A stretch of 64,000 nt of DNA from a phage: sequence record PX421306.1, one strand, 5' to 3'. The notes beneath the pieces were generated by a model, which had not been told where the DNA came from, searched no databases, and saw only the letters and a list, made by a program, of their open reading frames with translations. This document shows, piece by piece, positions 45,944-57,400 of this stretch. How positions within the stretch are numbered: the first letter of the stretch is position 1; every line of letters starts with the position of its first letter. The position numbers and the translations under genes are program-made.

Positions 45944-47290
45944 ACTATTCACGTCATTTGTTGGAATAGCAATTTCACAACACAAGTTACTCTGACGAAT
46001 AGGTGCCTTTTCACGAATAAATGGAGTATAGTTATTCGTATTATCAATGAACTGTACATAAATCCTTGCTGTTCCTGAGCGTTCAGTCATAAGTAATTCA
46101 AATAGTTCACGGGCTTTAATACGCTTTTTGCGAATATTAGGGTCTTTTTCTGCTGCTTCGTATAATTCGCGGAAACGGTCTTGGTCTTTAAAATAAGAAT
46201 AATAAAGCTCGCCACCCATTTCATGCGGACTGAATAAAGTAATGTAATCGTTCTTTCCGAATCGTTCCATCATCAAATCATTCAGCTGAACACCATAATC
46301 CATATGACGGATACGGTTTTCTTCTACACCTTTATTATTTTTCAAAACGAGAAGATTTTCAACTTCCAAATGCCAAATAGGATAATAAGCAGTAGCAGCG
46401 CCGCCACGAATTCCGCCTTGTGAACATGATTTAACAGCAGTCTGAAAATGTTTCCAAAAAGGAATAACGCCAGTATGACGCACTTCACCTGTGCCAATCT
46501 TAGAACCTTCAGCACGAATCATACCAACGTTAATGCCAATTCCAGCTCGTTTAGAAATATACTCAACAATTGAAGCAGAAGCCTTATTGATAGACTTCAG
46601 CGAATCACCTGCTTCAATAACAACGCATGAACTAAACTGTCGAGTTGGAGTACGACAACCAGCCATAATAGGAGTTGGCAATGAAATCTGTCGAGTAGAT
46701 ACTGCTTCATAAAAACGGATAACGTGTTTTAATCTATCAACAGGTTCATCTTGATGCAATGCCATTCCAATAGTCATAAATGCAAACTGTGGAGTTTCAT
46801 AAATTTGACCAGTGGTTTTATCTTTAACTAGATATTTTTCTTTTAATTGCATCGCCCCGGAATAAGTAAATTCCATATCCCGCTCATGCTTAATTTTTGA
46901 TTCTAAAAATGTAATTTCTTCGGCAGAATATTTTGACAACAATTCAGGGTCGTATTTACCTTCATTTACACAGTAAGAAATTTGATCAATAAATGAACGT
47001 GGTTCATACTGCCCATAAACATGCTTACGAAGAGCGAACATTAAACAGCGTGCAGCTACATATTGATAATCAGGCTCTTCAACTGAAATAGAATTCGCAG
47101 CAGCCTTAATGACAATAGTCTGAATGTCATCAGTTGTCATTCCATCACGGAGATATGATTTAATATTTTCATATAATTCATAAGGATCTACAGATGTTCC
47201 TTCAGCTGCCCAAGATAAAACTTTAATAATTTTTTGCGGGTCAAAGCTCTGAGAAACACCACTACTTTTGATAACATTAATTAATTGCAT
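45857..47290 (-). CDS. nrdA: Ribonucleotide reductase alpha subunit, N-terminal fragment (477 aa)
   Basis: MQLINVIKSSGVSQSFDPQKII... through active-site SNLCCEIAIPTNDVNS, then 28 unrelated residues and stop. Confidence 0.92.
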   Translation of the reverse strand: MQLINVIKSSGVSQSFDPQKIIKVLSWAAEGTSVDPYELYENIKSYLRDGMTTDDIQTIVIKAAANSISVEEPDYQYVAARCLMFALRKHVYGQYEPRSFIDQISYCVNEGKYDPELLSKYSAEEITFLESKIKHERDMEFTYSGAMQLKEKYLVKDKTTGQIYETPQFAFMTIGMALHQDEPVDRLKHVIRFYEAVSTRQISLPTPIMAGCRTPTRQFSSCVVIEAGDSLKSINKASASIVEYISKRAGIGINVGMIRAEGSKIGTGEVRHTGVIPFWKHFQTAVKSCSQGGIRGGAATAYYPIWHLEVENLLVLKNNKGVEENRIRHMDYGVQLNDLMMERFGKNDYITLFSPHEMGGELYYSYFKDQDRFRELYEAAEKDPNIRKKRIKARELFELLMTERSGTARIYVQFIDNTNNYTPFIREKAPIRQSNLCCEIAIPTNDVNSQQTRLIKIKKSDVAKFYEANPGGIIQSK

Positions 47291-47517
47291 AAGTCCTCAA
47301 CTTGAAAATCGTCTTTAAACAATCGGTTAACTATATGAGCTATTATATCACCATGACACGGCTTTGGTTTACATGTGCATCCTAGCCTCATTCCACGTAA
47401 AGGCTCTAAATGTGCTTTAGTTATTTCTCCGGATTTAATTCGACGTATAAAATCTTTTTTGAATAATTCAATGGCAGCCTCCCGGCTGCCAGCATCTTTA
47501 CCGACGTAATTTCCCAA
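47281..47517 (-). CDS. nrdA.1: Small protein with GCxC...PCHGD motif (DUF4326-like), nrdA.1 position
   Basis: 78 aa, motif LGCTCKPKPCHGD. Confidence 0.55.
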   Translation of the reverse strand: MGNYVGKDAGSREAAIELFKKDFIRRIKSGEITKAHLEPLRGMRLGCTCKPKPCHGDIIAHIVNRLFKDDFQVEDLCN

Positions 47518-47559
47518 AATGTACCACGGTGAATATTAACATCAAAGTCGGATTTATAT

Positions 47560-47835
47560 TTATTCACTACCCGGCATAGACGGCCCGCGTGGTAATAGTT
47601 CGTCATATTGTTTTTCCGTTAAAACAGTAATATCATAATAACAATCAGAAGAAGTTTTAACTGTAGAAATTTTATTATCAAAATACTCACGAGTCATTTT
47701 ATGAGTATAATATTTTTTGCCATAAATGATAATAGGCTGTTCTGGCCCTGGAACTTCCAGTTCACTTGGATTAGGAAGTGTAAAAAGAACGACACCAGAA
47801 GTATCCTTAAATCGTAAAATCATATATCCTCTCAA
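47560..47835 (-). CDS. nrdA.2: Hypothetical protein (nrdA.2 position)
   Basis: 91-aa ORF. Confidence 0.5.
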   Translation of the reverse strand: MRGYMILRFKDTSGVVLFTLPNPSELEVPGPEQPIIIYGKKYYTHKMTREYFDNKISTVKTSSDCYYDITVLTEKQYDELLPRGPSMPGSE

Positions 47836-47846
47836 TTAAATTAAAA

Positions 47847-48706
47847 TTACACCGCCATCTTTCCTTTAATTGGCGGATGAGATACATAGTTGTTAAGAAC
47901 AAAATTATGTGGCTTTGCGAATTGACTCAACCAAAATACCTGAGATTCTGTGCCCCATTCATCAAATTCATCTGGAAATTTTAATTGTAATTCACATAAA
48001 TCCATAGGTTCACGACGTAAAATTTCTTTACATTGTTCTACGTGATTCATATAGATATGAGTATTACCACCAGAAAATATCAAATCTCCTGGAATAAGAT
48101 TACACATCTTAGCTACAATATGAACTAACGTAGCATATGATGCAATATTAAATGGAAGACCGAGGAAAACATCTACCGAACGTTGATACCACTGCAAATC
48201 CAAATAGCCATTACGCACATTAAACTGATAGAACATATGACAAGGTGGCAATGCCATCTGCTTGAGTTCTGCCGGATTCCATGCTGAAACAATTTGACGT
48301 CTATCATTTGGCAGTTTTTTAATACGATCAACAACTTCTACAATTTGGTCTACACCGCCAAAATCACGCCACTGTTTTCCATAAATTGGACCAAGTTCAC
48401 CGCTATGATATCCTAAATCTTTTGCTTGATTTTCGTAATTTTCATCCCAGACTGTTTTGCCTTGAATTAATGAATCGTGTTGAATTAATCGTAAATCATT
48501 AACATTTGTGCTTCCTGATAAAAACCAAAGGAGCTCAGCAATGCAAGCTTTCCAGGCAAGCTTCTTAGTCGTTACTGCAGGAAAACCTTTAGTTAAATCC
48601 CAGCGTAATTTAGTACCGAACAAAGCAATTGTTCCTGTGCCTGTTCGGTCATCGGTTTCATAACCGTTTTCCAGGATATCTTTAATTAAAAATTGGTATT
48701 GTTTCA

Positions 48707-48707
<1 letters not shown>
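47847..48707 (-). CDS. td: Thymidylate synthase (286 aa), uninterrupted (no intron)
   Basis: Continuous ORF MKQYQ...; catalytic PPCH motif; track ORF starts at upstream TTG. Confidence 0.95.
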
Positions 48708-49739
<1,032 letters not shown>

Positions 49740-49747
49740 ATTATCTC

Positions 49748-50083
49748 CTAATATAAAGGATCGGGAACATATCCACTGGCTTTAATCATTTTGATTAACG
49801 TTAGCAGTCCTTTATTAACTGCTTGTGAGATTTCATTAAAAACTTCATCACTAAAAAGTTCTAACACTCCCTTCTGAACTTTTAATTTACAACCAACAAT
49901 TTCGTCATCGCCTATAGTAAATTCGTTTCCGCCAATTCCACCGAAAAACTTAATTACACCAGTTAACTGTGTTCCACGAGAATATGGGTCGTGTGATAAA
50001 GTAATATGAGTCACCCCAGGTACAGTTTTAAATTGGCAGCGAATGTTTACTTGGGAAATTCCAGTTACATGAATGTCAGACAT
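49748..50083 (-). CDS. Hypothetical protein (111 aa)
   Basis: SD GAGGAAA. Confidence 0.5.
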   Translation of the reverse strand: MSDIHVTGISQVNIRCQFKTVPGVTHITLSHDPYSRGTQLTGVIKFFGGIGGNEFTIGDDEIVGCKLKVQKGVLELFSDEVFNEISQAVNKGLLTLIKMIKASGYVPDPLY

Positions 50084-50093
50084 AATATTTTCC

Positions 50094-50336
50094 TCAAACA
50101 GACTTTTTCACAATTTTCCAATCAGCTTTAAACTGATCAACGTCAGAATGGTAAATCCAGAATCCTGCGCTTTCTCCATCCTCATAAAGAGGGCATCCAT
50201 CGCATTCATCTTCCCATCCCATATCACGCAAAAGACGTTCAGCTTTTTCAACGAGTTCAGAATCTTTACCGATGATATTAAAATACCATTTACCTCTAAC
50301 TTCTGAATCTTTGATGCTCTGGCGCTGTAATCTCAT
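50094..50336 (-). CDS. Hypothetical protein (80 aa)
   Basis: SD AAGGAGA. Confidence 0.5.
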   Translation of the reverse strand: MRLQRQSIKDSEVRGKWYFNIIGKDSELVEKAERLLRDMGWEDECDGCPLYEDGESAGFWIYHSDVDQFKADWKIVKKSV

Positions 50337-50390
50337 TTTATTCTCCTTAGTTGATAGGGTAATAGTATCACACTACTACCCTTCTGTAAA

Positions 50391-50756
50391 CTACTTTTTG
50401 AAAGTTTTTCGCAAAAGTTCAATGATTTCATCTACATTGTTTTCGTCAACAATGCAGTGAATTTTTGTTACGCCAGAAACCTTGTCTTCTATTTCATCTT
50501 CTTCAGAAGTCGGTTCTTTATACTCACGAAAACAATGAAATTCGTCTTCGCAAACGTTAAAGTAAAAATGCTTTCCATTTGCACATTCAATGTGTTTTAT
50601 TACTCTAAATCCATCAGCAAAGAAAGCTTCTTTAACTTCAAACCATCCGCCATTTTCTTGAATAATTTTAACTATTGATGAATTAGAACGTGGGCGATAA
50701 TTAATAAATGTATCAATAAGTCTTGGAACAAGTTCATACTTTTTGCCAATATACAT
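50391..50756 (-). CDS. Hypothetical protein (121 aa)
   Basis: SD GAGGAAA. Confidence 0.5.
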   Translation of the reverse strand: MYIGKKYELVPRLIDTFINYRPRSNSSIVKIIQENGGWFEVKEAFFADGFRVIKHIECANGKHFYFNVCEDEFHCFREYKEPTSEEDEIEDKVSGVTKIHCIVDENNVDEIIELLRKTFKK

Positions 50757-50800
50757 TACGTTTTCCTCATTTTAACGGGGCTGTAATAGCCCCTTGATAA

Positions 50801-51028
50801 TTACTGCTCAATAAATCCTGTGTAAAATTCTACATCTTCAGCATCCATACCGTCACAATATTCATTAATCATAAATTGTTTAAGACGATTTAAAGGACCT
50901 TCAATAACAACTGAAACATTGCAATTGGGGTCATTTAGTGCGCTTGTAATACGGAGTTCAGGATAACGATTACGAATAATTTCTTCAATATATTCAAAAT
51001 CAACAACATCAATATCAATTTTAGCCAT
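50801..51028 (-). CDS. Hypothetical protein (75 aa from MAKIDID...)
   Basis: Strong SD AAGAGGAAA before internal ATG; longer track ORF would begin inside the gene 32 terminator. Confidence 0.5.
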   Translation of the reverse strand: MAKIDIDVVDFEYIEEIIRNRYPELRITSALNDPNCNVSVVIEGPLNRLKQFMINEYCDGMDAEDVEFYTGFIEQ

Positions 51029-51136
51029 GTTATTTTCCTCTTTAATCATCATCAGCAGTATTGCCGATAGTTGTATAGTACCATAAAGCTTTATGCTTGT
51101 AAACAGTTTTGTGAAAAAATTTTTGAAATAAAAAAA

Positions 51137-51155
51137 GGGGACCTCTAGGGTCCCC
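51137..51155 (-). terminator. Gene 32 terminator
   Basis: GGGGACCC-UAGA-GGUCCCC followed by U-run on minus strand. Confidence 0.85.
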
Positions 51156-51177
51156 AATTAATTAGTAATATAATCTA

Positions 51178-52086
51178 TTAAAGGTCATTCAAAAGGTCAT
51201 CCAGGTCCGTGTCATCAGCACTAGATGAACTGCCAGAGCTTGAGCTCATAAAATCATCTTCAGTTTTTGTTTTGAAGTCATCAACATTGAATGCATCCAA
51301 ATCATCAGCAACTTTATCAGCTTTCTTAGCGGCAGTCGCTGCGGCACCACCCATAGCAGCAGTTCCCATAACTTGACTGAACTTAGTGCTCAGTTCTTCA
51401 AACGATTTGAATTTATCTTTAGAAGTCATTTCAGAAAGGTCAACCATTTGTTCGAACAATTCTTTCTGGAAAGATTCATCATCAATGTTTGGAATCGCAG
51501 ATTGATTCAGGAATTTAGATTCGTCGTAGTTACTAAAACCAGAAACTTGTTTAACTTTCAGTACAAAGTTAGCACCTTCCCACGGACAAGTTACATCAAC
51601 CGGAGTTTCACCCATTTCAACATCAACTGCAATCATTGCATTGATTTTATCCCAGATTTTCTTACCGAAACGATATTTAAATACTTTACCTTCATTTTCT
51701 GGAGCAGCTGGGTCTTTTACAACAAGAATGTTAGCCCAGTAAGAAGTTTTACGTTTAACAAGACCGTACTCTTTATTGTCAGTGTTATACAAATCATTTT
51801 TACTGATGTACTGACATACTGGACAAGAATCGTAATCACCGTAGGTAGATGAGCATGTTTCAATATACCATTTACCATTTTTCTTGAAACCGTGATTTAC
51901 AAGAAGTGCGAATGGTGCTTGTTCATCATTTTTAGACGGAAGAAAACGAATTACTGCTTGACCGTTACCCGCATTGTCGAGTTTCAGTTTCCACTCGCCT
52001 TTATCTTCAGAAGAAAAACCACCTTTATTTCCAGCCAGTTTAGCCATTTGTGCAGCGAGTTCAGCAGTAGATTTACGTTTAAACAT
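51178..52086 (-). CDS. 32: Single-stranded DNA-binding protein gp32 (302 aa)
   Basis: [17 protein letters not shown]..., acidic Ser-rich C-terminus; matches T4 gp32. Confidence 0.97.
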   Translation of the reverse strand: MFKRKSTAELAAQMAKLAGNKGGFSSEDKGEWKLKLDNAGNGQAVIRFLPSKNDEQAPFALLVNHGFKKNGKWYIETCSSTYGDYDSCPVCQYISKNDLYNTDNKEYGLVKRKTSYWANILVVKDPAAPENEGKVFKYRFGKKIWDKINAMIAVDVEMGETPVDVTCPWEGANFVLKVKQVSGFSNYDESKFLNQSAIPNIDDESFQKELFEQMVDLSEMTSKDKFKSFEELSTKFSQVMGTAAMGGAAATAAKKADKVADDLDAFNVDDFKTKTEDDFMSSSSGSSSSADDTDLDDLLNDL

Positions 52087-52185
52087 TTTTATTTCCTTTT
52101 TAATTTAATTAACAGTTGGTGCTATGACGATGTATGACCTCATAGCTGGTCAGTGAGATAATTATAATCTATTTATAATAAGCAA
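52087..52185 (-). promoter_or_regulatory. Gene 32 control region: MotA-box middle promoter (TTGCTTA, 52179-52185) with -10 TATAAT (52161-52166), late promoter TATAAATA (52170-52177) and AU-rich translational operator (UUAAUUAAAUUAAAAAGGAAAUAAAA-AUG)
   Basis: Motifs read on the minus strand; unstructured A/U repeat leader matches the known gp32 autoregulatory site. Confidence 0.65.
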
Positions 52186-52839
52186 TTAATACTTGCAAGA
52201 TTTCACAGTTTCAATGAAAACACTTTTAGCTTTCTGTGAATCAATATTTAAAATTTTTCTATAAGCCTTTAACTTTATAGAATAATTATTCCAGACTAAA
52301 TTATCAGTCTGTTCATCATGTTTATCAATTATATTTAAAAACGAATCAAGCAAGATAAACGTCTCAAACGAAATTATATTCGATTGAAGTAGTTTAAAAA
52401 TATAACTTGATTGAACTTTTGGATTATACTCAAAGATTTCTTTAAAAGCAGAAACTTCAACTTTTTTACTAAAATAATAAATGTTGCGAATATCTTCTTC
52501 AAACTTAAATTTAATTTGCTTTAAGCGTCCGATATATTCACGATAAAACACAAGTGCATCAGCGTCAGAGATGTCACCAATCCAAGCATCTTGGTTAGCA
52601 ACCAAATTACTTATAAAAATTAAAGCAAGTTCCTTTAATTTATATTTTTCTGATAACTTCTGGAAAAAATACTTATCCCTTCGCTTTTGATAAGCGGCAT
52701 CAGACACCCGCATGCACCAATTATACTTAATTACATCATACTTTCCATTCATATGTTGTTTTATCATTAAGTATAATTTATAAACTGATTTACCATCAAT
52801 GTATCTTTCACCACCAGCAGGCATGCGGAGTTTAATCAT
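52186..52839 (-). CDS. 59: Helicase loader gp59 (217 aa)
   Basis: 217 aa, position upstream of gene 32. Confidence 0.92.
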   Translation of the reverse strand: MIKLRMPAGGERYIDGKSVYKLYLMIKQHMNGKYDVIKYNWCMRVSDAAYQKRRDKYFFQKLSEKYKLKELALIFISNLVANQDAWIGDISDADALVFYREYIGRLKQIKFKFEEDIRNIYYFSKKVEVSAFKEIFEYNPKVQSSYIFKLLQSNIISFETFILLDSFLNIIDKHDEQTDNLVWNNYSIKLKAYRKILNIDSQKAKSVFIETVKSCKY

Positions 52840-53174
52840 AGTAGAAAATCTAATGTATTAGTTTTTTCACAACGAACAACAGAAGGACGTAAAAGATTTT
52901 CGTCAATAGCTTCTGACTGAATTTTTTCAATTATACCCGAAGGAATAAATTTAGCAAATTGAGTTTCAGGAATAGAATTTTCTTCCAAGAATGCTGTTGT
53001 AGCTTCAAGATAACTCATTCCAAACTCTTCTACCATTTTTTCAATAATAAATCCATTTTCTTGGCGGTCAAGAAGCTTTGCTATTTCATCCTTTTCTTTC
53101 TTAATTGAAAGTTCTTTTTCTGAAAGACCGGTCTCATCGACCGGACGAATATCATTTAGAGAAAACTGTGTCAT
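52836..53174 (-). CDS. 33: Late transcription co-activator gp33 (112 aa)
   Basis: MTQFSLNDIRPVDETG... Confidence 0.9.
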   Translation of the reverse strand: MTQFSLNDIRPVDETGLSEKELSIKKEKDEIAKLLDRQENGFIIEKMVEEFGMSYLEATTAFLEENSIPETQFAKFIPSGIIEKIQSEAIDENLLRPSVVRCEKTNTLDFLL

Positions 53175-53421
53175 AAAGTTCAACTACCTCTTCAGTTTCA
53201 GCTTCAAACACATCACGGTTATCTTTATGATACAAAGCTAATAGACGATTAAACATCTTGCCATCAACACCGAGTTCATCTTTGGCGCGAATTCGAATGT
53301 CTTTAATCAATTCATTATAACCGGAAATTTTCAGTTTATGGTCAGATGCTTCTTTAATAAATTTAGCTAAGTCTTCGCCATGGATAGCTTCATCAAATTC
53401 AACCATTTCTTTTTTAGCCAT
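53152..53421 (-). CDS. dsbA: dsDNA-binding protein DsbA (89 aa)
   Basis: 89 aa between rnh and 33. Confidence 0.85.
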   Translation of the reverse strand: MAKKEMVEFDEAIHGEDLAKFIKEASDHKLKISGYNELIKDIRIRAKDELGVDGKMFNRLLALYHKDNRDVFEAETEEVVELYDTVFSK

Positions 53422-53429
53422 TATTCACC

Positions 53430-54347
53430 TCAAAATTCATTAATGCTATTAGTTAATTTAGAAAGACCCGCTTTTACAAAATATGAATAAATTTTGCCAC
53501 GCGGTGGTAATTTATATGAATTATAGTAATTCACAATATTTGAAGCAATATTATCAGGAATATAATCAAAATCAATTAGAACTAAATTTTCTTTATACCG
53601 ATTATATTCAGATTCAGTGAGAAGCACCTTAGCTTGCTCGCGGTCATTAGCAATAGCTTCAACAATAGAGGTTTTCATTGAAGGAGTTCGTTCACCTTCA
53701 ACTCTGGTAAACCAAAAGTCAGATCGTACTTTAACTGAAGCAACGTTATCCTTTTTGTCGCCTTTAAGGATTTTAGTCATACAGTCAATTTCAGCAGAAC
53801 CGCTTTTAATTTTAACCCATTTCTTGTGCATCGGTGACCATTGCTTAACATTTGGGTATTTGTGAAGTTGAGTAAAGTCACCATCCGATGAAATGATTAA
53901 AATCTTATGCCCTTCTAAAGAGAACTTTTTAACAAGAACAGCAATATGGTCATCTGCTTCATACTTATCAATATCCATAACGATGTATGGCATATAAGCT
54001 TTCAATTCATCTATAACTTTATGACTGGATTCAAAATAACCTTCCCAATCCCAAGTAGATTCTTCTCGTGCTTTTCCACGGTTTTTCTTATAATAATAAG
54101 CAAAATCACGACGCCAGTATCCAGATTTCGCGTTATCAATACACAATACAATTTTAGTGTATCCAAGAGTTTTTGCTTTTTTGACATTAAACTTAATTGA
54201 GTTCAATATCAAATGACGAACCATTGATAAATTAATTTTTTCTTTATCTGGGAAGTTTACTAGAGCAGTTGAAAGCGCAATTTGACTAAAGTCAATTAAG
54301 CAGATTCCTTCTTTGTAATCTTCATCCAACATCATTTCTAAATCCAT
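53430..54347 (-). CDS. rnh: RNase H / 5'-3' exonuclease (305 aa)
   Basis: FEN-family; MDLEMMLDEDYKEGICLIDF... Confidence 0.93.
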   Translation of the reverse strand: MDLEMMLDEDYKEGICLIDFSQIALSTALVNFPDKEKINLSMVRHLILNSIKFNVKKAKTLGYTKIVLCIDNAKSGYWRRDFAYYYKKNRGKAREESTWDWEGYFESSHKVIDELKAYMPYIVMDIDKYEADDHIAVLVKKFSLEGHKILIISSDGDFTQLHKYPNVKQWSPMHKKWVKIKSGSAEIDCMTKILKGDKKDNVASVKVRSDFWFTRVEGERTPSMKTSIVEAIANDREQAKVLLTESEYNRYKENLVLIDFDYIPDNIASNIVNYYNSYKLPPRGKIYSYFVKAGLSKLTNSINEF

Positions 54348-54409
54348 ATGAACCTCGTTCAATTAGTGAGATTTCTATTATATACTATCCAAATCTTAAA
54401 GTAAACAAG

Positions 54410-54417
54410 TATAAATA
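54410..54417 (+). promoter_or_regulatory. Late promoter TATAAATA (gene 34)
   Basis: Exact octamer. Confidence 0.7.
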
Positions 54418-54451
54418 CTTATTATTGAAAACACAATAGGAGCCCGGGAGA

Positions 54452-57400
54452 ATGGCCGAGATTAAAAGAAAGTTCAGAGCAGAAGACGGTCTGGACGCAG
54501 GTGGCGATAAAATAATCAACGTAGCTTTAGCTGATCGTACCGTAGGAACTGACGGTGTTAACGTTGATTACCTAATTCAAGAAAACACAGTTCAACAATA
54601 TGATCCAACTCGTGGATATTTAAAAGATTTTGTAATCATTTATGATAACCGCTTTTGGGCTGCTATAAATGATATTCCAAAACCAGCGGGAACTTTTAAT
54701 AGTGGACGCTGGAGAGCATTGCGTACTGATGCTAACTGGATTACAGTTTCATCTGGTTCATATCAATTAAAATCCGGTGAAGCTATTTCGGTTAACACTG
54801 CAGCTGGTAATGATATCACATTTACTTTACCATCTACTCCAATTGACGGTGATACTATCGTTCTCCAAGACATTGGAGGAAAACCTGGGGTTAACCAAGT
54901 TTTAATTGTAGCTCCAGTGCAAAGTATTGTAAACTTCAGAGGTGAACAAGTACGTTCAGTACTAATGACTCATCCAAAGTCACAGTTAGTTTTAATTTTT
55001 AGTAATCGCCTGTGGCAAATGTATGTGGCTGATTATAGTAGAGAAGCTGTAGTTGTAACACCAGCGAATACTTATCAAGCGCAATCCAACGATTTTATCG
55101 TACGTAGATTTACTTCTGCTGCACCGATTAATATTAAACTTCCGAGATTTGCTAATCACGGCGATATTATTAATTTCGTCGATTTGGATAAATTAAATCC
55201 ACTTTATCATACAATTGTTACTACATACGATGAAACTACATCAGTACAAGAAGATGGAACTCATTCTATTGAAGGCCGTACATCTATTGACGGTTTCTTG
55301 ATGTATGATGATAATGAAAAATTGTGGAGATTGTTTGACGGAGACAGCAAAGCACGTTTACGTATCATAACGACTAATTCAAACATTCGTCCAAATGAAG
55401 AAGTTATGGTATTTGGTGCGAATAATGGAATAACTCAAACAATTGAACTCCAGCTTCCAACTAATATTTCTGTTGGTGATACTGTTAAAATTTCCATGAA
55501 TTACATGAGAAAAGGACAAACAGTTAAAATCAAAGCTGCCGGTGAAGATAAAATTGCTTCTTCAGTTCAATTGCTGCAGTTCCCAAAACGTTCAGAATAT
55601 CCGCCTGAAGCTGAATGGGTAACTGTTCAAGAATTAGTTTTTAACGGTGAAACTAATTATGTTCCAGTTTTACAACTTGCTTATATAGAAGATTCTGACG
55701 GAAAATACTGGGTTGTACAGCAAAACGTTCCAACTGTAGAAAGAGTTGATTCTTTAAATGATTCTACTAGAGCAAGATTAGGCGTAATTGCTTTAGCTAC
55801 ACAAGCTCAAGCTAATGCTGATTTAGAAAATTCTCCACAAAAAGAATTAGCAATTACTCCAGAAACATTAGCTAACCGTACTGCTACAGAAACTCGTAGA
55901 GGTATCGCAAGAATAGCAACTACTGCTCAAGTGAATCAGAACACTACATTCTCTTTTGCTGACGATATTATCATCACTCCTAAAAAGCTGAATGAAAGAA
56001 CTGCTACAGAAACTCGTAGAGGTGTTGCTGAAATTGCTACGCAGCAGGAAACTAATGCAGGTACTGATGATACTACAATCATCACTCCTAAAAAGCTTCA
56101 AGCTCGACAAGGTTCTGAGTCATTATCTGGTATTGTAACTTTTGTATCTACTACAGGAGCTACTCCAGCTTCTAGTCGTGAATTAAATGGTACAAACGTT
56201 TATAATAAAAACACTAATAATTTAGTCGTTTCGCCTAAAGCTTTGGATCAGTATAAAGCTACTCCAACGCAACAAGGTGCAGTAATTTTAGCAGTTGAAA
56301 GTGAAGTAATTGCTGGACAGAGTCAAGAAGGATGGGCAAATGCTGTTGTAACGCCAGAAACGTTACATAAAAAGACATCAACTGATGCAAGAATTGGTTT
56401 AATTGAAATTGCTACACAAAGTGAAGTTAATACAGGAACTGATTATACTCGTGCAGTCACTCCTAAAACTTTAAATGACCGTATAGCAACTGAAAGTTTA
56501 AGTGGTATAGCTGAAATTGCTACACAAGTTGAATTCGACGCAGGCGTCGACGATACTCGTATCTCTACACCATTAAAAATTAAAACCAGATTTAATAGTA
56601 CTGATCGTACTTCTGTTGTTGCTCTATCTGGATTAGTTGAATCAGGAACTCTCTGGGACCATTATACCCTTAATATTCTTGAAGCAAATGAGACACAGCG
56701 TGGTACACTTCGTGTAGCTACACAAGTTGAAGCTGCTGCAGGAACATTGGATAATGTTTTAATAACTCCTAAAAAGCTTTTAGGTACTAAATCTACCGAA
56801 TCGCAAGAAGGTGTTATTAAAGTTGCAACTCAGACTGAAACTGTGGCTGGAACGTCAGCAAATACTGCTGTATCTCCAAAAAATTTAAAATGGATTGTGC
56901 AGAGTGAACCTACTTGGGCAGCTACTACTGCAATAAGAGGCTTTGTTAAAACTTCATCTGGTTCAATTACATTCGTTGGTAATGATACAGTTGGTTCTAC
57001 ACAGAGCTTAGAGCTATACGAGAAAAATAGCTATGCAGTATCACCATATGAATTAAACCGTGTATTAGCAAATTATTTGCCGTTAAAAGCAAAAGCTGCT
57101 GACGCGAATTTATTAGATGGTCTAGATTCATCTCAGTTCATTCGTAGGGATATTGCACAGACGGTTAATGGTTCACTAACCTTAACCCAACAAACGAATC
57201 TGAATGCCCCTCTTGTATCATCTAGTACTGCTACGTTTGGTGGCTCGTTGGCTGCTAACTCCACATTTACTATACGTAACACAGGAACTCCGACCCGCAT
57301 CGTTTTCGAAAAAGGTCCTGCATCCGGTGCAAACCCGGTTCAGTCAATGAGCATCCGTGTATGGGGTAACCAGTATGGTGGCGGTTCAGATACAACACGT

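Noticed and set aside
44122-47290. Possibility that the nrdA interruption is a self-splicing group I intron or an intein
   Set aside because: Only ~130-190 nt of the insertion lie outside the HNH ORF, too little for a group I core. The downstream fragment has its own ATG overlapping the HNH stop. An intein would be in frame with no stop codons, whereas the N-fragment terminates and the HNH ORF is in a separate frame with its own SD. Splicing is still worth testing experimentally.
47421-47606. 61-aa ORF overlapping both nrdA.1 and nrdA.2
   Set aside because: Overlaps two better-supported ORFs in another frame and has no convincing ribosome binding site.
50801-51157. 118-aa version of the ORF downstream of gene 32
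   Set aside because: The extended start would lie within the gene 32 terminator hairpin; an internal ATG at 51028 with strong SD AAGAGGAAA is far more plausible.
51373-51852. 159-aa plus-strand ORF
   Set aside because: Antisense to the well-supported gene 32 coding sequence; composition typical of an AT-rich antisense frame.
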